From the NCBI GenBank assembly GCA_040235515.1, contig JBECKX010000064.1:1-62786 (forward strand): DNA of 62,786 nt, read 5' to 3'. A program made the translations under genes and the position numbers. This document shows positions 1-9,054 of this stretch, one piece after another. Every line of letters begins with the position of its first letter. Positions within the stretch are counted from its first letter, which is position 1. This DNA comes from Candidatus Zixiibacteriota bacterium. Its GTDB lineage: Bacteria; Zixibacteria; MSB-5A5; CAIYYT01. The notes under the pieces are model-generated. The model made no database searches. It saw nothing but the letters and a program-made list of their open reading frames with translations, and was not told the origin of the DNA.

Positions 1-114
1 CGCAAGCTGTATGCACGCCACGGCATGAAGGCGCTCTTTGTCATCCATCGACGTGGCAACGATGTTGTTGCCGAACTGCGTTCGCTGTTGGATGACCTCC
101 TCGCGTCCGGCTGA
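1..114 (+). CDS. C-terminal fragment of an unidentified protein (truncated by window edge)
   Basis: Frame 1 is open from position 1 to TGA at 112-114 (RKLYARHGMKALFVIHRRGNDVVAELRSLLDDLLASG*). It is too short to assign a family. Confidence 0.3.
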   Translation, partial: RKLYARHGMKALFVIHRRGNDVVAELRSLLDDLLASG

Positions 115-143
115 TCCGAACCGCAGGGCCGGTTGGAAGCGGG

Positions 144-329
144 CTACTTTCCTTTTGCTTTGCCCTGGCTCTTCTGAAGCTCCTTGAGCTCTTTACGCTT
201 TTTCTTCAGCTTCTTGTACAGCACGTCCGCCTGGCGCGGGTCGAACATCTTGCGCGCCTGTGCCTGCTCGTATTCCTGCTCAAGTATTTCAATCTCTTTC
301 TCGAGCGCAGCAATGCTATCACTCATCAC
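144..329 (-). CDS. small Lys/Glu-rich coiled-coil protein, function unknown
   Basis: 61-aa ORF immediately downstream of gltX on the same strand. AGGAGGAAAG Shine-Dalgarno lies just upstream of the ATG. Heptad-like EKEIEILEQEYEQ segment and a KKKRKELKELQK basic tail. Confidence 0.55.
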   Translation of the reverse strand: MMSDSIAALEKEIEILEQEYEQAQARKMFDPRQADVLYKKLKKKRKELKELQKSQGKAKGK

Positions 330-432
330 TTTCCTCCTGTGCTAGCGATCGGAGGAAGCACCGATCGATCTTATCTTGGCGATACTAGGTGAATTTGGCA
401 AGCTTAATCGGAAACGACGCGACGGGGAGCAG

Positions 433-1893
433 CTACCCATCCATCCGTTCGATGTACTTGATAGCGGCGCGCAGTCGCTTAACGACGCGTTCTTTGCCGA
501 TCGCTTCCAACATGGCGAAAAGAGAGGGTCCGCCGGTCATGCCGCTGGTCGCCAGTCGCACCGGATGGATGATTTTGCCCGCTCCGACTTCGAGTTTCTC
601 CGCCAGGGCACGCAACTCCTCCTCGGCTTTCGCTTCGTTGAAGTCTTCGAGCGCTTGGTAGCGATCCGCCAGCTGAGCGAGATAGCCGGCGCTGTCGATA
701 TTGAATGCCTTCTTGACACCTTTTTCGTCATACTGCTCCGGCTCCTCGAAGAAATAGCGGCTCAACTCGACGAAGTCGGTCAGGAGCTTGCAACGTTCCT
801 TGAGCATCCCAACGACTTTCATCAACCATTGCCAGCGAGTCTCCAGGTAGTACTTGGTGGTCAGTCCCGCCTCGACAAGCAGAGGCGCAACCATTTCGGC
901 CAGCTCATGGTTGGAGGTGTCCATTAGATACTGGCTATTGAGCCAGGTGAGCTTTTCCGGGTTGAATATCGCGTTATTCTTATTGATGCCTTCGAGGGAG
1001 AACGCGGTGATGATCTCCTGCCGTGTCATCTTCTCGCGATCATCCTTGGGAGACCAACCGAGCAGCGCCAGGAAATTGAACATCGCCTCGGGGAGGTAGC
1101 CCTCGTGCTGGTACTGGTCGACGCTCTTATCGCCCTTGCGTTTCGACATCTTGCTCTTATCCATGCGCAGAATCAGCGGCACGTGAGCGAATACCGGCAA
1201 CTCCCAACCGAGAGCGAGATAGATTTCTTTCTGCAGGAATGTGTTGTTCACGTGGTCGTTGCCCCTGATCACGTGCGTGATGCCCATGTCGTGGTCATCC
1301 ACCACGACGGCAAAATTGTAGAGGGGGTTACCGTCGCTCTTGAGGATGATGAAGTCATCCAGATCGGTGTACTCCTTCTGGATACGGCCCAGGACGGCAT
1401 CCTCAAAGAAAGCGGTACCATGCGTCGGAACCTTGAGTCGAACCGTAAACGGCATTCCGGACTCGATGTTCTTGGAGATCGTGGCCTCCGCCAGTTCGCG
1501 GCAGGTGCGATCGTAGTGATAATCTTCTTTGGCTTTCTGCGCAGCGGCGCGCTTGCGATCGAGTTCGTCCGGAGTACAGAAGCAGCGATATGCTCGACCG
1601 GCAGCGACGAGCTGCTCGGCGAATGGTTTGTAATGATCGAGGCGCTGGGACTGATAGACGATTTCATCATCCCAGTTGAGGCCAAGCCATTTCAGGCCGC
1701 TGAGGATTACTTCGATATACTGCTGTTGCGACCGTTCCTGGTCGGTATCCTCCACACGGAGCAGGAATTTGCCGCCGGTGTGTTTGGCGTAGAGCCAGTT
1801 GAAGATGGCGGCACGAGCCGTGCCCACGTGAAAATAACCGGTAGGCGAGGGTGCAATGCGTACCTTGACCTGATTGGCTGAACTCTCACTCAT
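433..1893 (-). CDS. gltX: glutamate--tRNA ligase (glutamyl-tRNA synthetase)
   Basis: 486-aa ORF with the class I aaRS HIGH-type motif (PSPTGYFHVGTARAA), the KMSKS motif (SKMSKRKG) and typical GluRS length and anticodon-binding tail. Confidence 0.97.
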   Translation of the reverse strand: MSESSANQVKVRIAPSPTGYFHVGTARAAIFNWLYAKHTGGKFLLRVEDTDQERSQQQYIEVILSGLKWLGLNWDDEIVYQSQRLDHYKPFAEQLVAAGRAYRCFCTPDELDRKRAAAQKAKEDYHYDRTCRELAEATISKNIESGMPFTVRLKVPTHGTAFFEDAVLGRIQKEYTDLDDFIILKSDGNPLYNFAVVVDDHDMGITHVIRGNDHVNNTFLQKEIYLALGWELPVFAHVPLILRMDKSKMSKRKGDKSVDQYQHEGYLPEAMFNFLALLGWSPKDDREKMTRQEIITAFSLEGINKNNAIFNPEKLTWLNSQYLMDTSNHELAEMVAPLLVEAGLTTKYYLETRWQWLMKVVGMLKERCKLLTDFVELSRYFFEEPEQYDEKGVKKAFNIDSAGYLAQLADRYQALEDFNEAKAEEELRALAEKLEVGAGKIIHPVRLATSGMTGGPSLFAMLEAIGKERVVKRLRAAIKYIERMDG

Positions 1894-1917
1894 AGGTAAT
1901 CTTTCCGCGGATCTGAA

Positions 1918-2391
1918 TTAGATGTCGTAATCGCCCGGTGGATCCTGCCTGCCGGGATCACTCGCCCCGGCATCCGGCCTCTCGGGCAGCGGCGGTGTCG
2001 ACGGGGGCGGGGGTGACTGGAACCGGCCGGTAGAGGTAACGTCGCCTCGAGTAGATTCGAGCACCTCGACATCATACTCGATTCCACCCATCGTTCGCGC
2101 TACGAAGTTGTAACAGAGCGTACAAACAAGAGCCATAATCGTGTACGCAATAGCGGTAAAAAACGCAAAGAAGATCGGCATGAAGACGAGCATTATCCCT
2201 GCGGAGGCCATCCCGAATTCTTCGGCGTTGTAAGCCGACTGCATCGCTGAGCCGAGCGCAAGGAAGAATCCCACGAACATGGCATAAATCAGGCCAAGGA
2301 TAAACCCGAGGACGAGCGAGACCAGGAAGGTCACTTTGACCACCGGCCATACCGAAATCCTCTTGAGATGTAGTTTCATTCGCTCCGCCAT
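1918..2391 (-). CDS. DUF3566-like integral membrane protein with Pro-rich C-terminal tail
   Basis: 157 aa. LHLKRISVWPVVKVTFLVSLVLGF resembles the DUF3566 N-terminal signature. 3-4 predicted TM helices, then a PPPPSTPPLPERP tail. Confidence 0.6.
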   Translation of the reverse strand: MAERMKLHLKRISVWPVVKVTFLVSLVLGFILGLIYAMFVGFFLALGSAMQSAYNAEEFGMASAGIMLVFMPIFFAFFTAIAYTIMALVCTLCYNFVARTMGGIEYDVEVLESTRGDVTSTGRFQSPPPPSTPPLPERPDAGASDPGRQDPPGDYDI

Positions 2392-2575
2392 TGCGATTCG
2401 ACGATAGTCAGTAAGATGCTGAACGGCAAGGTCTTTTTTGGTTCGGGGTGCCGGAAAGCAGTTCCGGGCCGGTTGCGCGGAACATCGTCCTTCTATTCTT
2501 GTTTCTATTGGCTGACAGGCGAACCGATAGTATTATATGGCGGAGATCGGTGCCGAGCGCATCGACTCGTAAGCT

Positions 2576-2803
2576 GTGAAAGTGATTCTGAAGATGAAAC
2601 GTGTATTGACCATCCTGATTCCCACGGTGCTGCTTGCCGCCGGAGGCTACATCTACTATGCCACCGTCGGTTGTACCAGCGGGAGCTGCCCCATTACCTC
2701 TTCTCCGATCGTATCTACGCTTTACGGTGCGTTAATCGGTGCGGTGCTCGGGCTGAATTTCTCGAAGGGAACCAGGAGCAAGCAGGGCCAGGAGAGTGGC
2801 TAA
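2576..2803 (+). CDS. small membrane protein with GCxSGSCP motif (DUF6132-like)
   Basis: 75-aa ORF (GTG start; an ATG at 2594 is an equally plausible start). Two hydrophobic helices flank VGCTSGSCPITSSP. It abuts the following zinc-ribbon gene. Confidence 0.55.
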   Translation: MKVILKMKRVLTILIPTVLLAAGGYIYYATVGCTSGSCPITSSPIVSTLYGALIGAVLGLNFSKGTRSKQGQESG

Positions 2804-2805
2804 CC

Positions 2806-2991
2806 ATGCCGGTATATGAATATCAGTGCCTGGAGTGCGGTGAGAAATTCGAGGCGCTCGTGCTCAACCAGCGACTGGCTGATGAGCAGAAGTGCCCACA
2901 TTGCGGCTCAGGCAAAGTCAGTAAACTGTTCTCGGTGTTCGGCAGTTCCAGCAGCGGAGGAGGTTCATCCTCCTGCTCAGGCTTCTCATGA
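2806..2991 (+). CDS. FmdB-family zinc-ribbon protein
   Basis: Internal ATG of ORF 2416-2991 gives MPVYEYQCLECGEKFE...CPHCGSGKV, the canonical FmdB CxxC...CxxC N-terminus. It ends in a Ser/Gly-rich tail. The 130 codons upstream have no protein-like character. Confidence 0.85.
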   Translation: MPVYEYQCLECGEKFEALVLNQRLADEQKCPHCGSGKVSKLFSVFGSSSSGGGSSSCSGFS

Positions 2992-3064
2992 GGACCGCGC
3001 TAGAGCGGGCGGTCGTCTGCCGAGTTAATGAGACTATGATCAACTGAAAACGAATAAAGCGGGG

Positions 3065-4594
3065 CTATTGGGAAAGCTGCCTGGCGAGGGTGGTATCCGC
3101 GGCTGCTCCTTCACTGGTCTTCGGGTCGACACAGGGGACTGTAATGACAATATGGGCGCCGTTGCCTTCCTCAGATTGCACGGTGACGTTGCCGCCGTGG
3201 TTTTTGATGATCTTCCGGCACACTGTCAAACCAAAGCCGTGACCTTCCTGCTTGGTCGTGAACCTGTCCTTGAACGCCTTCTTCAGATTCTCTTTACTGA
3301 ATCCGCTGCCGTTGTCGGTTACTGACAATTCGAATTCGTTTTCTTCGGCGTCATACTTGGTTTCGATCCTGATAAAGCCGTCCTTGCGACTCTTATCTAT
3401 CGCATCGGCAGCGTTGTTGAGAAGATTGTAGATAATCTGTTGAAGTTGGGAGACGTCGATGAAAACTTCCGGCAGGCCGGTATCCGCGCTGAACTCGATA
3501 TTGACGTGACGGAAGCGGCGCTGGTGTCGGGCGAACGTCACCGTCTCCTTGATCATCTCGTTGAGATCCGCCGACTGCCTCTTCGTCATCATTCGTCCTG
3601 CGGCGGAGAGTGAGTTGGTGAACTTCTCGATCCGATTGATATTGTTCTTCACATTCTCGATATATTTCTTCGATTCCTCAGGGTATTGCCCCTTGCTCTT
3701 CATTTCGAACAACTCGATGTTCGAGAAGATGATCGCAATGTAGTTGTTGAGTTCATGCGCGATTTCCGATGACATCATCCCCTGCGTCGCGACTCGTTCC
3801 ACGCCGATGAGGTGGTCTTTGAAGTCCTCCAGGCGATTCATCGCAGAGCGCGCTTCTTCGAGCAGGATCAGGTTCTCCAGCGAAATCGAGCTGAGACTCA
3901 ATAGCACCGTAAGCATCTGGCGATCGACCTCGGTGACGGAAATCTCGTCGGTGCTATGGATGATCAACACCAGCTTGAGATTCTCTGTCGACGGAAGCGA
4001 GAAGATGCAATAGTTGCCGACGCGCCGGGCAAACGTTTCTCTGATCTCCTTGAAGGAATCATACTTAAAGATACCCGCGAGCGCGCTGTGATCGAGGAGG
4101 TTACCGCAGCACTGGACCTCGCTCCCCTCCATCAGGTCATACGGATAATCCTCCGAGCGAACGTTTTTCTCGGTGGCGTAGGTGACCTCTTCGGAGTCAG
4201 AATTCACGGCGATATTGATCGATTCTTCCGATTTGTTGAAGAACACGACGGCGCCTGATTTCAAACCGAAGTGGTAGAGCGCGAAGCGCAGAATCAACCG
4301 GATGAGCGAATCGGAGTTCCCCACCGTGTAGAGTGCGCCCATCAGGTCGGCGAGATGGGAGAGTCCGCGCGTGCCTTGCTTCTTCTGGAGTTCCTTGCGC
4401 TTGGTCGCCGCTGCGCCGACGGCATTGCGGATTTCCGCCAGTTCGAACGGCTTCATGATATAGTCATAGGCGCCTGTCTCGATTGCCTGTTTGGCGGTTT
4501 CGACGTCGGCGTATCCGGTCATGAAGAGGATGCCGAGTTCCGGATCGCGTTCGAGGGCTTCTCGCGCAAGGCGGATACCGTCGATATCGGGCAT
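3065..4594 (-). CDS. hybrid sensor: receiver (REC) + GAF-like + HisKA + HATPase_c histidine kinase. The ATG-initiated ORF lacks the first half of REC; the domain continues upstream to about 4768.
   Basis: H-box SSEIAHELNNYIAII. N/G boxes NLLNNAADAI, DNGSGF, GHGFGL. The ORF begins MPDIDG, right after the REC phospho-acceptor Asp; see the finding on the missing start codon. Confidence 0.85.
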   Translation of the reverse strand: MPDIDGIRLAREALERDPELGILFMTGYADVETAKQAIETGAYDYIMKPFELAEIRNAVGAAATKRKELQKKQGTRGLSHLADLMGALYTVGNSDSLIRLILRFALYHFGLKSGAVVFFNKSEESINIAVNSDSEEVTYATEKNVRSEDYPYDLMEGSEVQCCGNLLDHSALAGIFKYDSFKEIRETFARRVGNYCIFSLPSTENLKLVLIIHSTDEISVTEVDRQMLTVLLSLSSISLENLILLEEARSAMNRLEDFKDHLIGVERVATQGMMSSEIAHELNNYIAIIFSNIELFEMKSKGQYPEESKKYIENVKNNINRIEKFTNSLSAAGRMMTKRQSADLNEMIKETVTFARHQRRFRHVNIEFSADTGLPEVFIDVSQLQQIIYNLLNNAADAIDKSRKDGFIRIETKYDAEENEFELSVTDNGSGFSKENLKKAFKDRFTTKQEGHGFGLTVCRKIIKNHGGNVTVQSEEGNGAHIVITVPCVDPKTSEGAAADTTLARQLSQ

Positions 4595-4740
4595 CTTGAT
4601 GTCGGTGAGCAGAAAATCGAATTTCTCGTTTTCGATCCAGCCGAGCGCCTCTTTCTGGTTCGTCGTCGCATGGATTTCGTGCCCGACGGTCGAGAGCGCG
4701 TCGCTGGCAAAGCTCAGGACGATTTCTTCGTCATCGACGA

Positions 4741-5199
4741 TTAGGATTTTTGCAGTGTCGCTGGCGATGACTCTTCCTCCGGCTTCGGATTCATTCGTTC
4801 GCTTGCGAGCCCTTCGACGTGATTGAGCAATGATCTCAGCTCTGCCAGGTCGAACGGCTTACAGATTGTCCCTACGATGTTGTCATGCATCTCGACTTCC
4901 TGCAGCTTGTCAGGATAGCTGTCGGTGACGATGACCATAGTCTGCGGGTTGAGTTCGTTAAGTTTGCTGGCGGTTACCAGGCCATTCTGCTTCGGCATGT
5001 GCATGTCGGTAAAGACCAGGTCGTACTGATTGTCCGTTGCCATCCTGACGGCATCTATGCCATTGTCGGCGTGATCAACTACGTAACCATCGGTCCGCAG
5101 GACATCCACAAGGAGGGTTCGGATGATATCGGTATCGTCGACCACGAGAACAGATTTGATCGTCCTCTTGTCGACCTCCTTGCCATTGCGCTTGTCCAT
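4741..5199 (-). CDS. stand-alone response-regulator receiver protein (CheY-like)
   Basis: 152 aa. VLVVDDTD acidic pocket, DLVFTDMHMP acceptor Asp, conserved Thr (VIVTD) and KPF. No output domain. Confidence 0.85.
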   Translation of the reverse strand: MDKRNGKEVDKRTIKSVLVVDDTDIIRTLLVDVLRTDGYVVDHADNGIDAVRMATDNQYDLVFTDMHMPKQNGLVTASKLNELNPQTMVIVTDSYPDKLQEVEMHDNIVGTICKPFDLAELRSLLNHVEGLASERMNPKPEEESSPATLQKS

Positions 5200-5248
5200 T
5201 TTAGGCTCGTTCAGCTTGTTGTTTCAACAACGCTATGATGATCTGTCA

Positions 5249-5608
5249 TCACTTGACGGCTTCCGCCACTGCGTTTCTGATTTGCGCAATGGAGAAGGGC
5301 TTCTTCAGAAAGTCGGATGCACCTGCCTGGATACAGTCTGATGCAGTCTGGAGAGAAGCATAGCCCGTGACAACAATCACCTTAATCTTCGAATTCTGTT
5401 TCTTGACCTGCTTCAGCAACGATAGGCCATCCATGCCCGGCATCTTGAGGTCGGTGATGATCAGATCGACTTCATTCTGCTGGAGCAATTCGAGAGCGGT
5501 TTCGGCGCTGTCGGCACCAATCGGTTTGTTCTCCGCGAACACTTCCAGCAGAAAGTCGCGCATGACCTCTTCGTCATCCACAATCATGATTCGCTGATTT
5601 GCTGTCAT
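5249..5608 (-). CDS. stand-alone response-regulator receiver protein (CheY-like)
   Basis: 119 aa. IMIVDDEE, DLIITDLKMPGMDG, VIVVTGY, KKPF. Receiver domain only. Confidence 0.9.
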   Translation of the reverse strand: MTANQRIMIVDDEEVMRDFLLEVFAENKPIGADSAETALELLQQNEVDLIITDLKMPGMDGLSLLKQVKKQNSKIKVIVVTGYASLQTASDCIQAGASDFLKKPFSIAQIRNAVAEAVK

Positions 5609-5682
5609 ACATTCCCGGCTGTTGTTTCGATTCGTTTCTCGGTCTGCTACCGGTTGCGCTGCGGATTTCGTTCAGCAGTTCG

Positions 5683-7332
5683 CTATACAGTAGCCGTTTT
5701 CGCTGTCTGTTTTAGAATCGGTAGAACGACAGTAAAAGTTGAGCCCTCTCCGACCTTAGAGTCGATCTTGATATCACCGCCATGGTCGCGGACGATACCG
5801 TATGACACGGAGAGGCCCAGGCCTGTACCTTCGCCCACTTTCTTCGTCGTGAAGAACGGCTCGAAGATTTTCGATTTGATATCATCTGAAATACCGGTTC
5901 CGGTATCGGTGAAAGCGACTTCGACCGAGCCGCCGAACTCGCCGACGGGGCGATTCGTTCGGGTTACCACGGTCAGTTTTCCACCTTCCGGCATCGATTG
6001 CATACTGTTGATCAGAATATTCGTGAACACCTGCTGCAGCAGATTTACGTTTCCTTTGATCGGCGGCAAATCCTCCTGCAGGCTGGTCTCGAGCTCGATA
6101 TCTTTCATACCAAGCTGATGAGAGGTGAAGACGAATGTCTCCTCCAGGGCCGCGTTGACATCGACGACACCGAATTCCGACTTATCGGAAGAGCGGCTGA
6201 ACTTGAGCAGGTTTTTCACGATCATCTTGCAGCGACGCGCCTGCACCTCGATATCGGAGAGGTAGCGTTCGAATCCACGGGCTTTCTCCTCGCCCAGTTC
6301 CAGGTTCTTCAACTGCTCCATTGCGAATTGCGCATACCCGAGGATACCGCCGAGGGGGTTGTTCAGCTCGTGCGCCACTCCCGCCGCCAGCTGACCGACG
6401 GCTGCCATTTTTTCTGACTGGATCACCTGTTTCTGCGCTTCTTCGAGCTTGCGAGTACGTTCCTTCACTTTGCGTTCGAGGTTCTGGTTGTGCACCTCAA
6501 GCTCGCGCTGGGTCTTCTCCAGCGAGTCGCACATCGTGTTGAACGCGATCGCCAGGCGTTCCAACTCGGCATCCGCTTTCACCGAGGCGCGCTGGCCCAG
6601 ATCGCCTGCCGCGATCTTCTCGGTTGTCTCCACCAGTGTATTGATCGGGCTGGCGAGCATCTTGACCAACGTCACGGAAAGCAGGATTCCAAGCATGACC
6701 AGCAGGAGGGTGAAATAGATCACCATCTGCTGCGTCGCTGCAATCTTCTTCTCGGTCGCTTCCAGACTCATTCCGATACGAACATACCCGATGACCTCCC
6801 CGCTGCCTTTATGATCATGGCTCAGGGTGGCGCTGCCAAGTTGCTCCTTCGAGATATTCGCGGTCTGTGAGTAGACCGGCGCGACGATCTCCAGCCCGCT
6901 GGCGTCGCCATCGGCATCGAGCGACTTGAAGGCGACCTGCTGGTCGGTATTGAAGTCGTATTCCTCGGCGTTGAGGGTAAGATTTTCGGTATCAAACGGG
7001 AGCGGGATGAAATCGTGGTTGATACCGCGCACGAGCAACTGTCCCTGTTTGGAGAACGCCTGCGCGAACATGATATCGCGCTCGGTTAGCATTCCATCGA
7101 TCAGCTGTTCGAGGTCCTCATCCAATTCGAGCATGATGCCAAACTCGGCATTGTGGGCGAAGTTGCGCGCGAGTGAGCTACCACGTTCTTCGAGGCTCTG
7201 ATGCGCTGCGTCGGAGAATTCGTTCAGCAGGAAGACTGACAGCAGCAATGAACTGGCCACGAGCAGGCTGCTGACACCGATGATCAGTCGCCAGCGCAGT
7301 CCCATTCTCTCTGAAATTCGTTGCCGGTTCAT
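5683..7332 (-). CDS. membrane sensor histidine kinase (periplasmic sensor, HAMP, HisKA, HATPase_c)
   Basis: Start chosen at the ATG overlapping the upstream stop (TGATGA at 7330-7335); the longest ORF extends to 7362. Two TM segments bracket a region of about 170 aa. HAMP region (PINTLVETTEKIAAGDL), H-box AAGVAHELNNPL, and DTGTGI / GTGLGL ATPase boxes. Confidence 0.9.
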   Translation of the reverse strand: MNRQRISERMGLRWRLIIGVSSLLVASSLLLSVFLLNEFSDAAHQSLEERGSSLARNFAHNAEFGIMLELDEDLEQLIDGMLTERDIMFAQAFSKQGQLLVRGINHDFIPLPFDTENLTLNAEEYDFNTDQQVAFKSLDADGDASGLEIVAPVYSQTANISKEQLGSATLSHDHKGSGEVIGYVRIGMSLEATEKKIAATQQMVIYFTLLLVMLGILLSVTLVKMLASPINTLVETTEKIAAGDLGQRASVKADAELERLAIAFNTMCDSLEKTQRELEVHNQNLERKVKERTRKLEEAQKQVIQSEKMAAVGQLAAGVAHELNNPLGGILGYAQFAMEQLKNLELGEEKARGFERYLSDIEVQARRCKMIVKNLLKFSRSSDKSEFGVVDVNAALEETFVFTSHQLGMKDIELETSLQEDLPPIKGNVNLLQQVFTNILINSMQSMPEGGKLTVVTRTNRPVGEFGGSVEVAFTDTGTGISDDIKSKIFEPFFTTKKVGEGTGLGLSVSYGIVRDHGGDIKIDSKVGEGSTFTVVLPILKQTAKTATV

Positions 7333-8276
7333 CAGAAGGTCTCCCGCGCGACACTGATCCATTCGGGGGCCAGGTCGATTTTGAGCAGGTTGCTCGATTT
7401 GAGATTGAGGTAGAGGTAGACGATGTCGGGAACGGTGGGTTTGATATCTGCCGGATCAGCCCCTTTTATTACTTGCACCACTATCTCGCCGGCCTGCCTG
7501 CCGATAAACTTGTAATCAGCTTCCAGGCAGAGCAGCGCGCCGTTTTGCACGAAGTTGCGATTGAAGCCCATGATCGGAACTCCGTAGCGCATCGTCTCCA
7601 TTACCATATAGCGAACGAACTGCGGCGAAGCGAGCATCTCATCCGCAACAGTCCAGAAACCATCCACAATTCCACAAAGGCTGTCGAGAGCGGCGGGTAG
7701 TTCGCGCGTCGACTCGATCTCGATTGAGACCAGAGAGATGCCGTGTGCGTTGCAGGCGCTTTCGGCCTCGTCACGCAGGCGCCGGGTTTGCGCAGTGTGG
7801 ATCATACCGATTCGATGCAGACCGGGTAATATCGAAAGGAACTGGGCGACCTGTTGAGTTGCCGGGATGTCGAGCGCGGCGCCGGTAACGCGGCTCCCCG
7901 GACTGTCCCAGGACTTGATGAAGCCCGATTCGATCGGGTTGAGCACTTTGGCGAAGACAATCGGATAGTCGGGGAAGTTCTGACGCGCAAAGTTGGTTAC
8001 GTTCGTTCCGATCGTCACCAGGACATCGGGCTTTTTCGACTTAATCTTATCAATGCAGTTTTGGGGGAGTTCAGGCTGATAACACTCCAGCACTTCGCAA
8101 TCGGGCAGGGCATTGGCGAGGCTCCAGCTGATGCCGGAAATGGTGCGCAGCGTGTAGCTCGTGGAGTCGGCATAGATCAAGGCGACCCGTTTCCCGGCGA
8201 GAGCGGGGGAACAGGCGACGACGCTGGCTATCAACATATAGACGGCGACGCGACAGAAAAACCGGGTACGCATCAT
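7332..8276 (-). CDS. periplasmic ABC_sub_bind-type (PF04392-like) solute-binding protein, likely co-sensor
   Basis: Start placed at MMRTRFF..., which gives a signal peptide (the ORF is open to 8390). Overall similarity to the putative ABC transport substrate-binding family (GKRVALIY...VTIGT...GFNRNFVQNGALL). No permease or ATPase genes are nearby. Confidence 0.75.
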   Translation of the reverse strand: MMRTRFFCRVAVYMLIASVVACSPALAGKRVALIYADSTSYTLRTISGISWSLANALPDCEVLECYQPELPQNCIDKIKSKKPDVLVTIGTNVTNFARQNFPDYPIVFAKVLNPIESGFIKSWDSPGSRVTGAALDIPATQQVAQFLSILPGLHRIGMIHTAQTRRLRDEAESACNAHGISLVSIEIESTRELPAALDSLCGIVDGFWTVADEMLASPQFVRYMVMETMRYGVPIMGFNRNFVQNGALLCLEADYKFIGRQAGEIVVQVIKGADPADIKPTVPDIVYLYLNLKSSNLLKIDLAPEWISVARETF

Positions 8277-9054
8277 CTTGACAGGTCCTGTCCTGATGGC
8301 GCGCGCAGGTTTTCTATGGGCGTCGGGGCCTGCCGCTTCAGAAGATATGTCAGTCGAGATAAAATAGCGGGCAAAGGTCAAACCCTCCATTCGGTCGACG
8401 CATGCACGAGCAAACCCGCCGTAACGTCGCGGCTGGTGATCCGGTAATGGTTAAGACTTGGTTGCGTGTGCCTGCATCGAGCCCGTTTGCTGACAGAGAC
8501 CCTGCAAATTTGCATGTTCTCGACGAGAGGTGTTCCGGTCTCCGCCGTCAAATCGGCCTGCAATGTGGGAAGAGTTCGTATGTCAATTTTCCGGCAGTGA
8601 AATCAACCCACCTCCATTCTTATCGGTTTGGGTAGCAGCAGCTTTATAGTGTCGTGCGCCAAACTTTCCAGAGTGGAACAGAAAAAGCTGGAATCGGTAC
8701 CGTGACCTGTTTTGTCGATATTCGATCGCATCAAACTGGAACAATCGGGGTGAAACGCCATCGCCCGCGACGCTCAAATACCCAGTTCAGATGCGGGTTT
8801 GCGCAGATCGGGGTCACAGATTTTTCTGCAAAAGGGGCAGGCCATCAGTTAAAAACTTTTCCACCTCGCCGATACAATTTACCAGAACAATCTGCTGACC
8901 ATGGTTTCAAAGAATCTTCGGGTCAGGATGAATTTGATGAAAAGTAGCATTAGTCAAGGCTCAAACTGTCGCCGTGCCATCACGGCAATTCGTGTTTGTG
9001 TCCGTGTGCCTGCGCATCTGCAGGTTGCTGATTAACCGGAGGGCGTAACGGATC

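Noticed and set aside
2416-2805. 130-codon N-terminal extension of the FmdB zinc-ribbon ORF.
   Set aside because: The extension overlaps the better-supported small membrane protein gene (2576-2803) in another frame and is Cys/Arg-rich with no protein-like pattern. FmdB proteins start at MP(V/I)YEY.
8674-8689. Sigma54-like TGGAAC-N5-AAGCT element.
   Set aside because: Only the GG/GC dinucleotides and their spacing match. It is about 370 nt from the nearest start codon, and no bacterial enhancer-binding protein (AAA+ sigma54 activator) is encoded in the window. It is mentioned only as part of the long-intergenic finding.
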